Positions 1 to 11,786 of a stretch of DNA of 64,000 nt are shown here, piece by piece (positions within the stretch are counted from its first letter, which is position 1; each line of letters opens with the position of its first letter). Position numbers and translations under genes: made by a program. The notes beneath the pieces are model-generated. The model saw only the letters and a list, made by a program, of their open reading frames with translations. It was not told the origin of the DNA and did not search any database. Source of the DNA: Bigelowiella natans CCMP2755 (lineage: Eukaryota; Protista; Cercozoa); NCBI GenBank assembly GCA_000320545.1, contig ADNK01000411.1:1-64000 (forward strand), given 5' to 3'.

Positions 1-1794
1 GCCTTAAAAAAAATGGCGAAGAGTTTGGAAGCAAAAATTGCTGCCGGAATCCCAGTTGGACAGGGTTCTGGTGGAGGAGGAGGAGGAGGATAACACGGGA
101 GAGGGCTTATTATTGTGTCGTCGTCAGCACCGTCTTCCTCAGAGAGGGCAGGTTGGTCCGCAATGTGAACCTGTGAAGAATGAAAAAGAACAAGAACAAG
201 AAGAAGAAGAAGAAGTAGAAGTAGAACACATACTTCTCTGTTATATTTATTACCAACAACCATGCATCACACATCGCTTTTGTTCTGATTGATGATGATG
301 ATGATGATGATGATGATCGAGCGGTGGTGGTAATAGTTGTAGTAGTAGAAGTAGTAGTAGTAGTAAAGAAGAAGAAAATGATGAAGGAGGAGAAGAAGAG
401 GGGTTTGCAACCAGCATCGGTAGTACGAACGCAACAGTTTTCCCAGATCCAGTTTTTGCGATTCCTATGATCCAATGGGGAGGGGGAAGGGCAGAGATAT
501 TATCAGAGGTAGGTAGGTAGGTAGGTAGGTAGGTAGGTAGAAAGGAAGCAGAAGAAGAAGAAGAAGAAGAAGAAGAAGAAGAAGATGGTGAGGACGAGGA
601 GGGTAGCAGCCTCCTTTTACAACACCACGCTCATCATCATCATCATCATCATCATCATAAACTAACAATGCAGATTGAAAGCTTTCTTCTCATTGCGTAC
701 ACTCTCTGATCAAACTACTACTAGTAGTAGTAGTGCTGCTGGTGCTGCTGCATTGTACTAACATAACCTAGAAGATCGCTGCCAGAGAGAATACAAGGGA
801 TTGAACAGGCCTACGGATTAATTTACAACTCGCTTAAAATTATGACTCCTATTTGTGAGATGATGGTGAAGGGAGGGAAGGGGGGGGGGCGGTTAAATCA
901 TGTGGTGTGCCTGAATCGGCGTCGGCGAGGAAAAGCCCTGTTTTTCGAGGTTGCGGTTTATGCGTTTTGGGAGAGACATCAACTTGAATTCTGGGCAGGG
1001 ACGAGGAGGCTCTGAGTAGAGGAGGAGGAGGAGGAGGAGGAGGAGGAGGAAGCACCAGCAGCACACGGATGATCAGAAAGATCAACAAGTCAGAACGCTC
1101 CATACAAAGCAGCGAGGAGTGGTGCAGTGGTTAACTAACTTTTCCCTCCCGATAATTGGATCTGGTTGTCTTCGTAGAACTTGCGCATTTGTTCACCGGT
1201 GTAATTGTTGATTTCGGGGTGGGGCTTGAAGAAGTTTTTCTTGAAGCTTCGGTACTTTATCTTGGAATGGTCAAGAGCAGCCAAGCTCTCCACCTTCCTC
1301 AAGTCCATCCCCAGCGGGTTGCCGTATTGATCGTATTCCGTGTCGCCGTCCCCCTCCAGATTCGCTCCGCGCAAGAAAGCAGCATTTTTTACCCTAGCCA
1401 TCGCAGCTTCCTCTCTCTCCAAGGCCTTTTCGATAACGAATGCTACGTTAATAAACAAAATAATGACGAAGAAGAAAAACAGAATAACCTCCTCGGCGTC
1501 ATAGATATCTTCAACACGTCGCATTTGCTCCTTTCCAGCCCTCTTCGCTTGTTCTGCTTGTTGTTTCACAACTCCAGCAATCTCAGCCATAAATGCATCT
1601 AAGGGATCCCCCCCCCCATCATTCTTCTCTTCGTTGGACTTTACTTCGGTGTTGGTGCCTTGTTGGTTTAATCCCTCTTGTACTTGAGTAGGTTGTGACA
1701 CAGCAGCAGGCTCTGGCACGACCGCGGGTGGTCCCGAAATGCGAAGAATCTATTATTTACCACAACATCCAATCTTCATTTTTCAGTCACAATC

Positions 1795-1868
<74 letters not shown>

Positions 1869-3600
1869 TGAGGCTTCCATCATCTTTCCAAGATTCCGTT
1901 TCAGGGTCCCAATAGTTCCACTCAATGTCAATCTAATGATGGCGACGACGATGATGATAGGACGACAACGAGTATAAGAGCTATTTGTGCATAAGAGGCC
2001 AGATAACACTAGAACTAATTCTTTACCAAATCAGGCGCAGGAGCCGGACAAGCGCAGTACAGCCACCCCTAAAGTCGATTAACAAACAACACAGCTTCTG
2101 ACAGTATCCTCCTGTCGTTGTCGCTACTGTTGCTCACCTCTCCCGAGTTGGGATCGTTCCCCACAATCCACTGTCCTTTATCTTCCGACCAGTAGAGAAA
2201 GAAATCGTTGGTGAACTCCTTTGATGCCAGCTGAATGGAAGAATAGAAGAGCGCGTGTCAAAAAATGCAAGCGCGGGTCGAACACACAACGACGACTACG
2301 ACAGCGACTTGGCTGATAGCGTACCTTTCCTCCTTGGTCAACATAAACCCCCATAAACGGGGCCCCATCAAATAACTTGGGATCGCCAACTATCTGAAAC
2401 TTTACCTAATGTAGTTGTACGGGTTTTCATAGGTTGAATTTGTCATCGAACCAACCCGTAAACGCGGAGATTGATGATACCTGATCCGCCATTCGAGATC
2501 GAGGTGGGTCCTGGAAGTCTCTCTAGCTGAATGCGTATGTGCGTGTGCGCGCGTGTGTGGGCATTTGTGTGCGTGCGAGTGTGTGCACGGCGCGTCAAAA
2601 GAGCCACCGACAAGAAAGAAATTCGTCGTCGCGTCAATAATGCAGCAATCAACAAGAGAGAAAGTTGTCGTTAGCAAATCGTGCATTTTCATCTTTAACA
2701 CCTGCGCTAATCTGTAGTGACCCGTAATATGGTGAGGTAGATTCAAGTTGCTAGCAGCGAACAGCTCCACACAATATGAAGGACAAACTCTGCAGGTGCT
2801 CCTCCTCCTTCCTCCTCTCTTTCTGCGAGCAGTGATTGATCGGTTGATGTTACGGCCCAACGACGTCCCACGGGGCACTGTGGAGGAGATCTTTTCTGGA
2901 AGAAATATACACTGTAAATATCCAACATGAGACCGAATTTGTGAATTTGTTGTTTGTGTTGCTTCGCTTCTGTTGCGGGTTACTCGGGGATGCTATTAGA
3001 TAAATTCACCAAGAACGCACAGGGTCAGATAAAACTAGCTAAAAAAAGGCAGCTATCAATGCGTTTGGTACACTGCGACACGGGACGGCAGCAGATCCTC
3101 GGAAGAAACAAGTACTCCTAGTAGATCTAGTTGTTGTTGGTGAGAAGAGGAGTCGGAACAAACAAGTTAAATAGTTTTTTTTAGTTCATAGTTGGTTAAT
3201 CAAGTGGAAAGTATCCCTTGTTCCTTTTGCTCGAACAAAGCGCAACACTTCACCAACATTGATTTGCCCTCAGTGCACGTACCGGCAGCAGGCTTCGGAG
3301 GTACTAAAAACACCGATCATTTTTTATTTAATGATCCTTAATCATAGTTGTCGCACGATATAAACCAAGTTATATTTTGGATTAAATCACGATATGTTTG
3401 TGGTCGTTGGGTCTGACTCGCCGAAAGAGAAGACTAACTCGGTAGGCAGTGTATCTTTCCACAGGGCCACCAAGGAGGAGGAAGAAAAAGAGGGGGAGGA
3501 GGAACGAAAGAACTGCTGCAGGCTCCTGCTGCTGCTGTCACTCCTACCCCTCACCTTTGCCTGGGTCCAGGCAACGCCACATTGAGTGCCCCACGTCATT
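1..3600 (-). CDS. DDX42: DEAD-box RNA helicase DDX42-like (multi-exon; 3' part runs off the left edge; start approximate) with an N-terminal extension
   Basis: Spliced reading gives DPLDAFMAEI, TEYDQYGNPL, LDHSKIKYRSFKKNFF (1135-1719), Q motif GFSSPTPIQ (~911-1010), ACSIPCILSGSDLLG, Walker A IAKTGSGKTVAFVLPML (~412-464) and VHIADQPALSEEDG (~130-170). These match the DDX42 N-terminal signature. Upstream exons from ~1750 to ~2900 splice in frame; exons from 3050 to 3600 are less certain. Confidence 0.85.
288..658. repeat. Intronic microsatellite cluster: (GAT)n, (TAG)n, (AGGT)n, (GAA)n, (TCA)n
   Basis: Pure tracts read directly from the sequence, lying inside DDX42 introns. Confidence 0.95.
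1801..1863. repeat. Compound (AT)n(GT)n microsatellite
   Basis: Read directly; intronic. Confidence 0.95.
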
Positions 3601-3807
3601 GCAACACACGGTAGGGGGGGAAGAGGTAAATACGAGCATAAGTTGACGCTGGTTGATTCCTTCAACGTTTGCATCACATACTGGAGATTCGATTGTGCAC
3701 TCCTCGATTTTGGGCTACAGTCATACGATCAATTTTATGCCACGACAATCGAAGCCTAACTTTAGACAAAATACAGGTGCTCGATAGGATTTTTGTGAAA
3801 GAGTTGC

Positions 3808-5873
3808 ATGGCAGAGAGAAGCACCATGGACAAAGGTAGCGGCGATACGTCTGCTAGCAACGGGAGTACTCTCAAGTTGCCAGTTCATGAATCCTCTATG
3901 GCTGATTCGGAAAATTCAGGAGCAAAAGGGTCAAGCTTCAAGACGGAAGGTCTGCTGGTTGTCATAAGAACGTCGTCTACAATCTCACTCCACTCATGTA
4001 CTCTCCTACTACATGATGGATTATTCGTCAGATATTGCAAGGGGTGGATACTTATACAAACGTGCGAGGAAAAGGTTATTATTTGAATTTCTTCCAGTCT
4101 TGTTTCAAATATGAAGCCACTTCCAACATACGTGACTTACATTGTACTCGGAAAAATTAGTGGTATTAACTGGAGGAAACGATACTTTGTGTTCGATGAG
4201 AAGAGTGAAGTTCTGAGCTACTACACAGTAAGAAAATTGCGTCTACATGTTCTTAGGATCTCTCTCTCTTCAGATTGCTGAGTGCTAGGCTATTCCGTTT
4301 AATTTGTTTTTCCAGAATCAAGATCATGCGAATGGAGCTGAGGACCCACTAGGCTCGATGCAAATGGGAGATTCAACATCGATCATTCCCGTCGGCATGA
4401 GGGAGGTCATTAAGTAGAATGATACCAACCTATCTTAAATGTGCCACATAGGCTGATTTGGGTATATAGCGCAAAACTTACCGTCTCGCTTTGTAATTAC
4501 CAACTGTGATAGAACTGCCTAGAGATTCACACGGGCAGTGCCGACTGCACCCCTCTTTACATTCAAGCTTCCGATCCGGTGTTAGTCGATTCATTGTAGT
4601 TGGATGCTGTTGTATCTGCTGTCACAGCAAAAAAATTGTAAAAAATTGTACATCAAATCCTGTCTTATTCTGGAGTATGGTACAGTTGTAGTTATATTTC
4701 ACTCCCTTCTTCTTAAAATAACCCAGAAAATGCTGCTTTTGTGGAAGCTCCATTTCCACTCCTACGTGCACTCATGCAAGAGCGGCTATCTGGAAAAACG
4801 AGCTCGGAAAAGCGGGTGATTTGTGTGAAAATGAGCATACTTGCTATCAAACATGCGCCAATATCGTCTAGTCGTTCCGTGAGGTTACTTCATTGTGCAA
4901 GAGCACTAGAAGAAGACATCACGCCACATTCCCTGTGCAAGTCTTGTAAGCACCCATATCTCAGCGGGTATATGATGCATGGACGCACATGTAATTGGTG
5001 TGCTGCTTTGGCAAATCAGACGGAATTGGAGGATGCGGTATTTCTGCCTCGATCTGACAACAGGACTGCTGCGAGTGTATGAAACTGAGAAGATGGACCA
5101 CGTCCCCAATGTGGAAACGTACTACAGCGTGATAACATAAATATACTCAATATCGTCGTTATTTCGTTAAGAAGTTCTTCTGTATTGTTTGTCCTGTGTT
5201 TGTTGTCTAGTTTGGGCCCTAAATTCGAGGCTCAACGGTCCGGTTTACGAGAAAACTGTATCGAAGTCAGATGTAAAGACGGATCCACTCCGTCGCTCTT
5301 CCTAGTGGCCAAAAATGTTAAAGTAGGTTTTTTTTTTCGCATTGCACTCTACTTGCCCATGCGATGTAGGATTCGAAATGACGACCTATAAAGCCTTATT
5401 GACGAGCACATAGCCAGAGATTTACAGTGTGTGATATCGTGTGTTTCCTCTTGTTGCCTACAACTACAAAATAACATAACCAGGACCATCTCGAATGGCT
5501 GACCTCCTTCAAGAATACATGCAGGCAAGAAGAGCTTGTTAGTAGTAGATTATTCGAGTGGTGGTCACTGCAGATGGCCGGAAGGCAGTATCTGTGGTAG
5601 TAGTAGTATGCTTCTTCTGCTTTGAGACTTACTGCTATTGGCTCGTGTGTGGAAAATATCAGGTCAAAGATTCAATTGCAATACTCTTCTGAATCGCCTC
5701 GTGGAACGTACGACGGCCAAAACTTGGTCATAGAACACAAGGCCTCCTCCTCGCGGTGGGTACTGCTTGCGTTCAATTTGTCTAATGATGTTATACAAAC
5801 TGCTGTTGCTACTGCTACTGGATGGTCAAGTAACATGTGACCTTTACTTCGACTGACACGTGCCTGGAAGGAA

Positions 5874-5905
<32 letters not shown>

Positions 5906-8900
5906 GATATCTGCAGCAGCAGTAGCAGTGGCAGCAGCAGCGACAGCAGCAGACCAACATAAACATCAAAATCATCAACCTTTGTACGGCACACTCGTTC
6001 TTGATTTCGTTAGGAGGTTTTTCTAAGGGATGATGATGAGTTTATTGGAATATTACAGGTTTAGCGGCCAGCAGCGCCCAGTATCAGCAAGCACCGCCCC
6101 TCTCCCACAAGATAGCCCCTCATCTACGTATTCTACCCATCATCAGTTCACGATGAATTCATCACAGTAAGGGCTACGGCAGCAGCATGTTTTCAACATC
6201 ATCATCATCGTCATCATCATCGTCATCATCATCATCATTATATCATCATTATCATCATCATCATCATCATCATCGATTGACTGTTACTACTCTACCACTA
6301 CTTCTCTGTAAAGCTCACTAGTCTTAACAAACAAGCGTGTCATTTTGAAGCACTTGTAGTAGTAGTGGTAGTAGTAGCATGAGCATCAACATTTGCTGCT
6401 GCCGCTTCGTACCTGCTTTGTATAATCTCAGAGTAATAACCCAAACTACAAACAACAATAACCGGCAAGTATCCTCTTCCCAATTATCATCCTTTGATGA
6501 GCAGTCCTCACACCTGGGAGGTAGCTGTCTATGCTTTTATTCTGCTCACCATATTTCATCCATCATATTGAAACTATCTATGAGGGGGGGGGGGCACTCT
6601 GATGACATTGGTTATCATTATTTAAAACCCCATTCTCAATGTTGGGTCGAATGTGCTGTCTGCCAAGCGTGGAAGAACTAGAATCTGCCCCCTCCCCCCC
6701 CCCCTCTCTAGAAGCCTCTGCCATTTGCCTTCAGAAAGGCCCTATTGGGATGTTGACAAAATTCACCAAAAGAAGGTGCGCCTCCTGATTGAAAGCGGTG
6801 CTTGTGTTGTTTTTGTTGTTGTTTTCTGCTGCAGCAAATGGGGAAGAATCTGGAGCTGCGCAGCAAATCATCAAAGGTAAGAAGATTGATTCGTTGTAAC
6901 AATGAAGAGAGGTGACACTGCGAACAACTTTAAAGAGAATGGACCGGATGCAAAGAAACGTGGGCGGCGACATAGGAGGAGATCAACACTATCTTTCCAA
7001 GTGGATAAGGAGGTCAGCTGTACCACCAAACACACACGACACACACTGAGCCACATCGCGACGCTTGAGTATAATATATCTGTAGCAAATGAGGTGCAGA
7101 GGCGAGTTGAATCCAACGTTTGCTTATTTACGATTACTATATTTCTTCCTGCTTTCAAAGGTGATTGTGTTGGCCAAGGGTAGAATCAAGGGCTTAGCCA
7201 AAATCGTCAAGAAGAATTCGGTGTTAAACAACGCCACAATAATTAAGATACTATCAGTGTGATGATGATGAGCACATGGGACGTGATTTGTTTATACCTC
7301 TCCTTTCTCCCTCCCCCCCCTCTAATCATCATCTTCCTCTTCCTCTTCCTTTCCTCTTTAGAAGAACGAGTTTGTTGTTCAAATGAAGGATCGAACAAAG
7401 TTGATCGAAGTAAAGCGTGAGGACGTTTTCCCTCACAGAGCCGTTGATTTTGAATTCACGTTGGGAAAACGCCTTGGCAAGGGAGCTTTCGCGACTGTAT
7501 ATGCTGGGATGAACCGCCACAATGTCAGAGCAAATCATAATGCAACAGCTGAAAATCATCTGTTTTTTTAAAAATGCTTGTCGAGTGCAAGGAGATGTCA
7601 AACTCTCTCTTTCTCTTTCTCGCATTCATGCACGCGAGCACTTGCAAGAGAACATTCACGTATTGTGGAGTTTTGCAATGCTTTCCTTTCGATGTATCAG
7701 TGTTTGTCAATTGAGGGAAGGGGGGGGATGATGCGCGTATGCGTGTTCCTTATGCGATACGTGTTTTTCTATATGTTCTCTTCACTTCAGGGTGCATTGA
7801 TTGCCATCAAAAAAATGCGCCTGAAATTTGGGAGGCAAAACAGAGAAGTTCTCGAAACCATAATGGACGAGGTGAAGATGGTTTTATATCCGAAGTTGCA
7901 TGACATGATGACGTGTTCGCTATTTGCTTGTATCTGTGGATTGTGACGCACATGTATTACGCAACAACACGGAATCCTGCTAAATCGATCGCGCATACAG
8001 AAAGAGAACTACTCTGATGATAACAGGCCAAAATAATTGTATATACTGCTTCTTATTCAGTTAAACCACGCTACTACTACCTACCTACCTACCTCTACCA
8101 CAGGTCCAGCTCTTGAAGGAACTAAGCCATGAGAATATTGTAAAGTTTCTAGGAACGCAGTTCCTGATTGGAGAGAAGGGCGACAAATCGATGTGGGTGG
8201 CGAGCACTCTGCTGCAGCACAACTGAATGAACGACAAGACTAGTGATAGCTTGCGTTGAATGAATACGATGTCGTTGATGCGGTCGCCATGTGTGTGTTA
8301 TTCAAGGTATATCATAATGGAGCAAGTCTCCGGTGGATCTCTCGAGTCCGCGCTAAGAAGTTTTGGCAAGTGCGAAATTCCTTCTCTCCATCACCGTCAT
8401 CACCCCCATCGTCAAAGATGTGCATGCTACTGTTTTGCTTGGCCAATCAGGTTTTCGGAGAATGTGATTTTCTCCTACACGCAGCAAGTTCTGAAGGGCC
8501 TTGCATACCTCCACAGCCAGCATGTTGTTCACCGAGATCTAAAATGTGCCAACGTTCTTCTCAGTACCGCAGGGTAAGTAAGCAGCTGCCGGTCGGGGTG
8601 GGTCATCTATGAATACGCGTGCAGCATGGATGAGGACGTGTCCTTCTTCCATTACAAAAGCCACTCTTTTGCAATCATCAATCACCCTAATGAATGCGCC
8701 ATCATCTCACCAACTATTCGTTTCTCTCTACTTTCCCGTTTCCCTGGTTTGTACTTGTGTGTCGCTATTGCATCTGCTCACCTACCTTGAAAGAGTCGTG
8801 AAGCTAGCTGACTTCGGTGTGTCTAAGAGGCTCAAGGATATGAACGAAAAAGAGAGCAAAGAAACCGTCAGCTGTGTCGGATCGCCATACTGGTCAACAG

Positions 8901-9532
8901 TAGCTGCAAGGGGAATCATGAATGTTGTCGCTTATTTCGATCGGCATCGATTTTGCCAGTAACCGTATCGCTGAACATAAATGTGTAAATGTGCTGATCT
9001 ATCTGATAAAATGACTAATGAATAATAAATGACAAACAAAAGGATGGCGCCAGAAGTAGTGCTATACGAAGGGTGCGTACATGATACGCGCACATAAATG
9101 ACAGGGACAGGGGTGACGATTACTTGGGGGGGGGGGGGGGGGAGGTGCAGGATGCAGGATGCACGAAAAAGTCGAAGTGTGGCAGATAAACATAGAAATT
9201 GATTAAATAATTTGTGTGTTTTCACAACTGGATAGATACGACACCAGTTGCGACGTGTGGTCCCTCGGATGTACGATAATCGAGATGGCTACGGTACTAC
9301 TGGACAACGATAATCAAGATAACACTAATGATATCATTTTACCAAATAAAAAGTACGGTTAATTGATTGTGTGTCATTTTCTACCATGGTTAATGCACGC
9401 TGCTGATACAGGCTTGCCACCCCTGGAAAGAATACGACAATCCGTTAACTTGCGCTTATCAGATAGGGCAGTCGGAAAAACTGCCCTTTTACCCAGATGA
9501 TTTATCAGCAGAACTCAAAGGTAATGGTGGGT

Positions 9533-9578
<46 letters not shown>

Positions 9579-9729
9579 TTCAACGGGTACTCCAAACGAC
9601 GATTTCACGAACACTTTGCTGTTTGTTGGATCTCCAGATTTAATACAAAAATGCTTGAAGAGAAATAAGAGCGAAAGACCAAAATGCTTGGAGCTCATGT
9701 TGCATCCAGGATTCAGGAAACAGTACTGA
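3808..9729 (+). CDS. Ser/Thr protein kinase of the STE11/Cdc15 (MAP3K) type with two N-terminal PH domains
   Basis: PH1: GGYLYKRARKSGINWRKRYFVFD...NCLEIHT...LYIQASD...LLW (4030-4750). PH2: SGYLEKRARKSGRNWRMRYFCLD...NCIEVRC...LFLVAKN...LEWL (4775-5520). Kinase exons: LGKGAFATVY, AIKKM, HENIVKFLG, MEQVSGGSL, HRDLKCANVLL, KLADFGVSK, GSPYWMAPEV, DVWSLGCTIIEMATGLPPW. Stop TGA at 9729. Confidence 0.92.
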
Positions 9730-11786
9730 AAAAATTCAATAGTTTCTTTTCGGTTGTGGTGCAGTCCAAACATATTGTGGTTAATTTTTTCTACAAAAAA
9801 TGCCAGGAGGAGCTCAGTGACCCGTCTGCAGGCTATATCGAATAACCGTAATAATACCCCACGACACATCTATTCAAATTGAAATAGAACAGCGAAATTC
9901 ATTCCTTGCATCTCCATTTCGATCTGAATTTTTAAGAGAGTGCTTATCGAATGCATATGGTTGCGATTCAGGTGTTATTCGTAGCTCGTCAACTTACGGT
10001 ATTAATTTGGGAGAAATTGATCACGACGATTTGGTGTGTCAGAATTACATTAACGTCTCATACCCATATAGGTGTTAGAAGCAAGGATAGACGGGGAGCT
10101 TCCATCCCAATGCGAACTCAAACCCCGCCACCACTGATGCACAAACGAGGCTCTATGATCTAACGGAGGATTCATTTGATGGGCACTTTTCCGGCGGATG
10201 ATACGTGGACGAGATTGGAAGATGGACGCCGTTTATCTATTTATCTGCTTTAGCTAAGGCATGTAGGCTCTCGATCACGTATTGGTACATGATCGCGCAG
10301 TTGTACCAATCGTGGGAAACACGCTACATTGCAACGCTGCTTCTCACATTAATGTTGAGTCGCAAGCTGCAAGCAAAATCTTGCCATATCTAGATACATA
10401 TGTGGCAAGGATGTAAGCATTTATTATATTATTGATTTAGGCATCATAGCAGCAGGGCTGCCAAGTTATCAATGTCCATACGGCTGTGTAATAGTCCTGG
10501 TATTTTATGCGCGTTTAGACCTAATGCTAGCTAGAGACGAACACTCTAGACATGCCACTAAAAAGATGCGCGCTAGATCTAGTGGCTGTCTGGCTCACTA
10601 CTCTGTGGTACTTGCCAAGATCAGCATGTAGTTTGGCGAGGGAAAATGAAAGTCAAGATAGATGTCGCGATGAGTTGTTGATGAATCCACATGTGCGCTT
10701 GAGCTTGGCTGCAAAAGCACGCGTCCAAGTCTGCATCGCGCAGGGAGCCCTGCTAGCCTGTCAATGGCACTCGAAACGTCATCAGTTCGAACAACGAGCT
10801 GGATCTAGTGGATGCATGTGTGGAAAGTCGAGACAGGGGGCTAGCCCCCTATCCAGCTATTTCGACTTTTTTGGTACAGTCATCTCAATGTTGCGATGAC
10901 GTAGCGAGTAGTCTAGTAGTGTTGCGGGCCTGCGCGATGCAAGTTCACAATTCATTGTGTGTACACACAATGAGCAACACAACTCCAATCACAATGCAAA
11001 TGCAGCACGGCTAGATGGATTCCATCTGGAACAATTCCTGACTTTTTTTCTTGTTTTTTTCCCAAAAATTCTCATCATCTACATGCTGATCTCATGGCAA
11101 CTAGCCGTCTCGCACATGAAAGGCTCATGCTTGCTAGCTTGTGCTCTAGCTAGCTAGCTAGTATGCTGGCATTGGCAGATGTCGTAGTTACGTCTCGTTT
11201 TTATGCAACTGCTGGAACTAGAGAACTACATTAGGATGATAATTGAACAAATTTATGTTGTTTATTACACCCGTCTCATGTTGTACTAGCTAGCTAGTAT
11301 AACTATAACTAGATAAGGCGCCTACAGTCGGCGTTATTAAACAAAGCTGTATTAGCAGCGCTATTGGGTGAGACTGCGTTAGTTCCACGCTAGCACGGCT
11401 ATAGAAACAATCTATGTAACAGGAATCTTTGCTTAGTAACAATCGTTCTATTCACTCGATTGACTTTTGTTATTTAAAAATTGCACGCAGTGGTGACCAC
11501 ACATGCATGAGCCCAATCTATGCCATCGTCGTTTTCAGCCACTCATATGACCAGTTGGAATGTAAAAAAACCAAAGTTGATAATGTGACGCTTCTCACTT
11601 TATCTGATCTGAGTAAGACTCAATAATAATGAAATTTGAAATGTATGAAACGCAGCCTCTAATCCTACGCGTGAATATAACAAAGAGTCCTTACGGACTC
11701 AAGTATTATTTTCCAACATAGATAGCTCGGCTAGTGGCAACTAAATTACTTTCCGCTCCTATACACTCTACTGTTTTCCGAGTGAT

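Noticed and set aside
2471-2530. Possible C/D box snoRNA (TGATGA...CTGA) on the + strand
   Set aside because: It coincides with a minus-strand coding exon (RDFQ...MADQ) with good splice sites, and there is no terminal stem or convincing guide.
4405-5210. Apparent long intron or insertion in the kinase gene
   Set aside because: It contains the exons completing PH1 and starting PH2.
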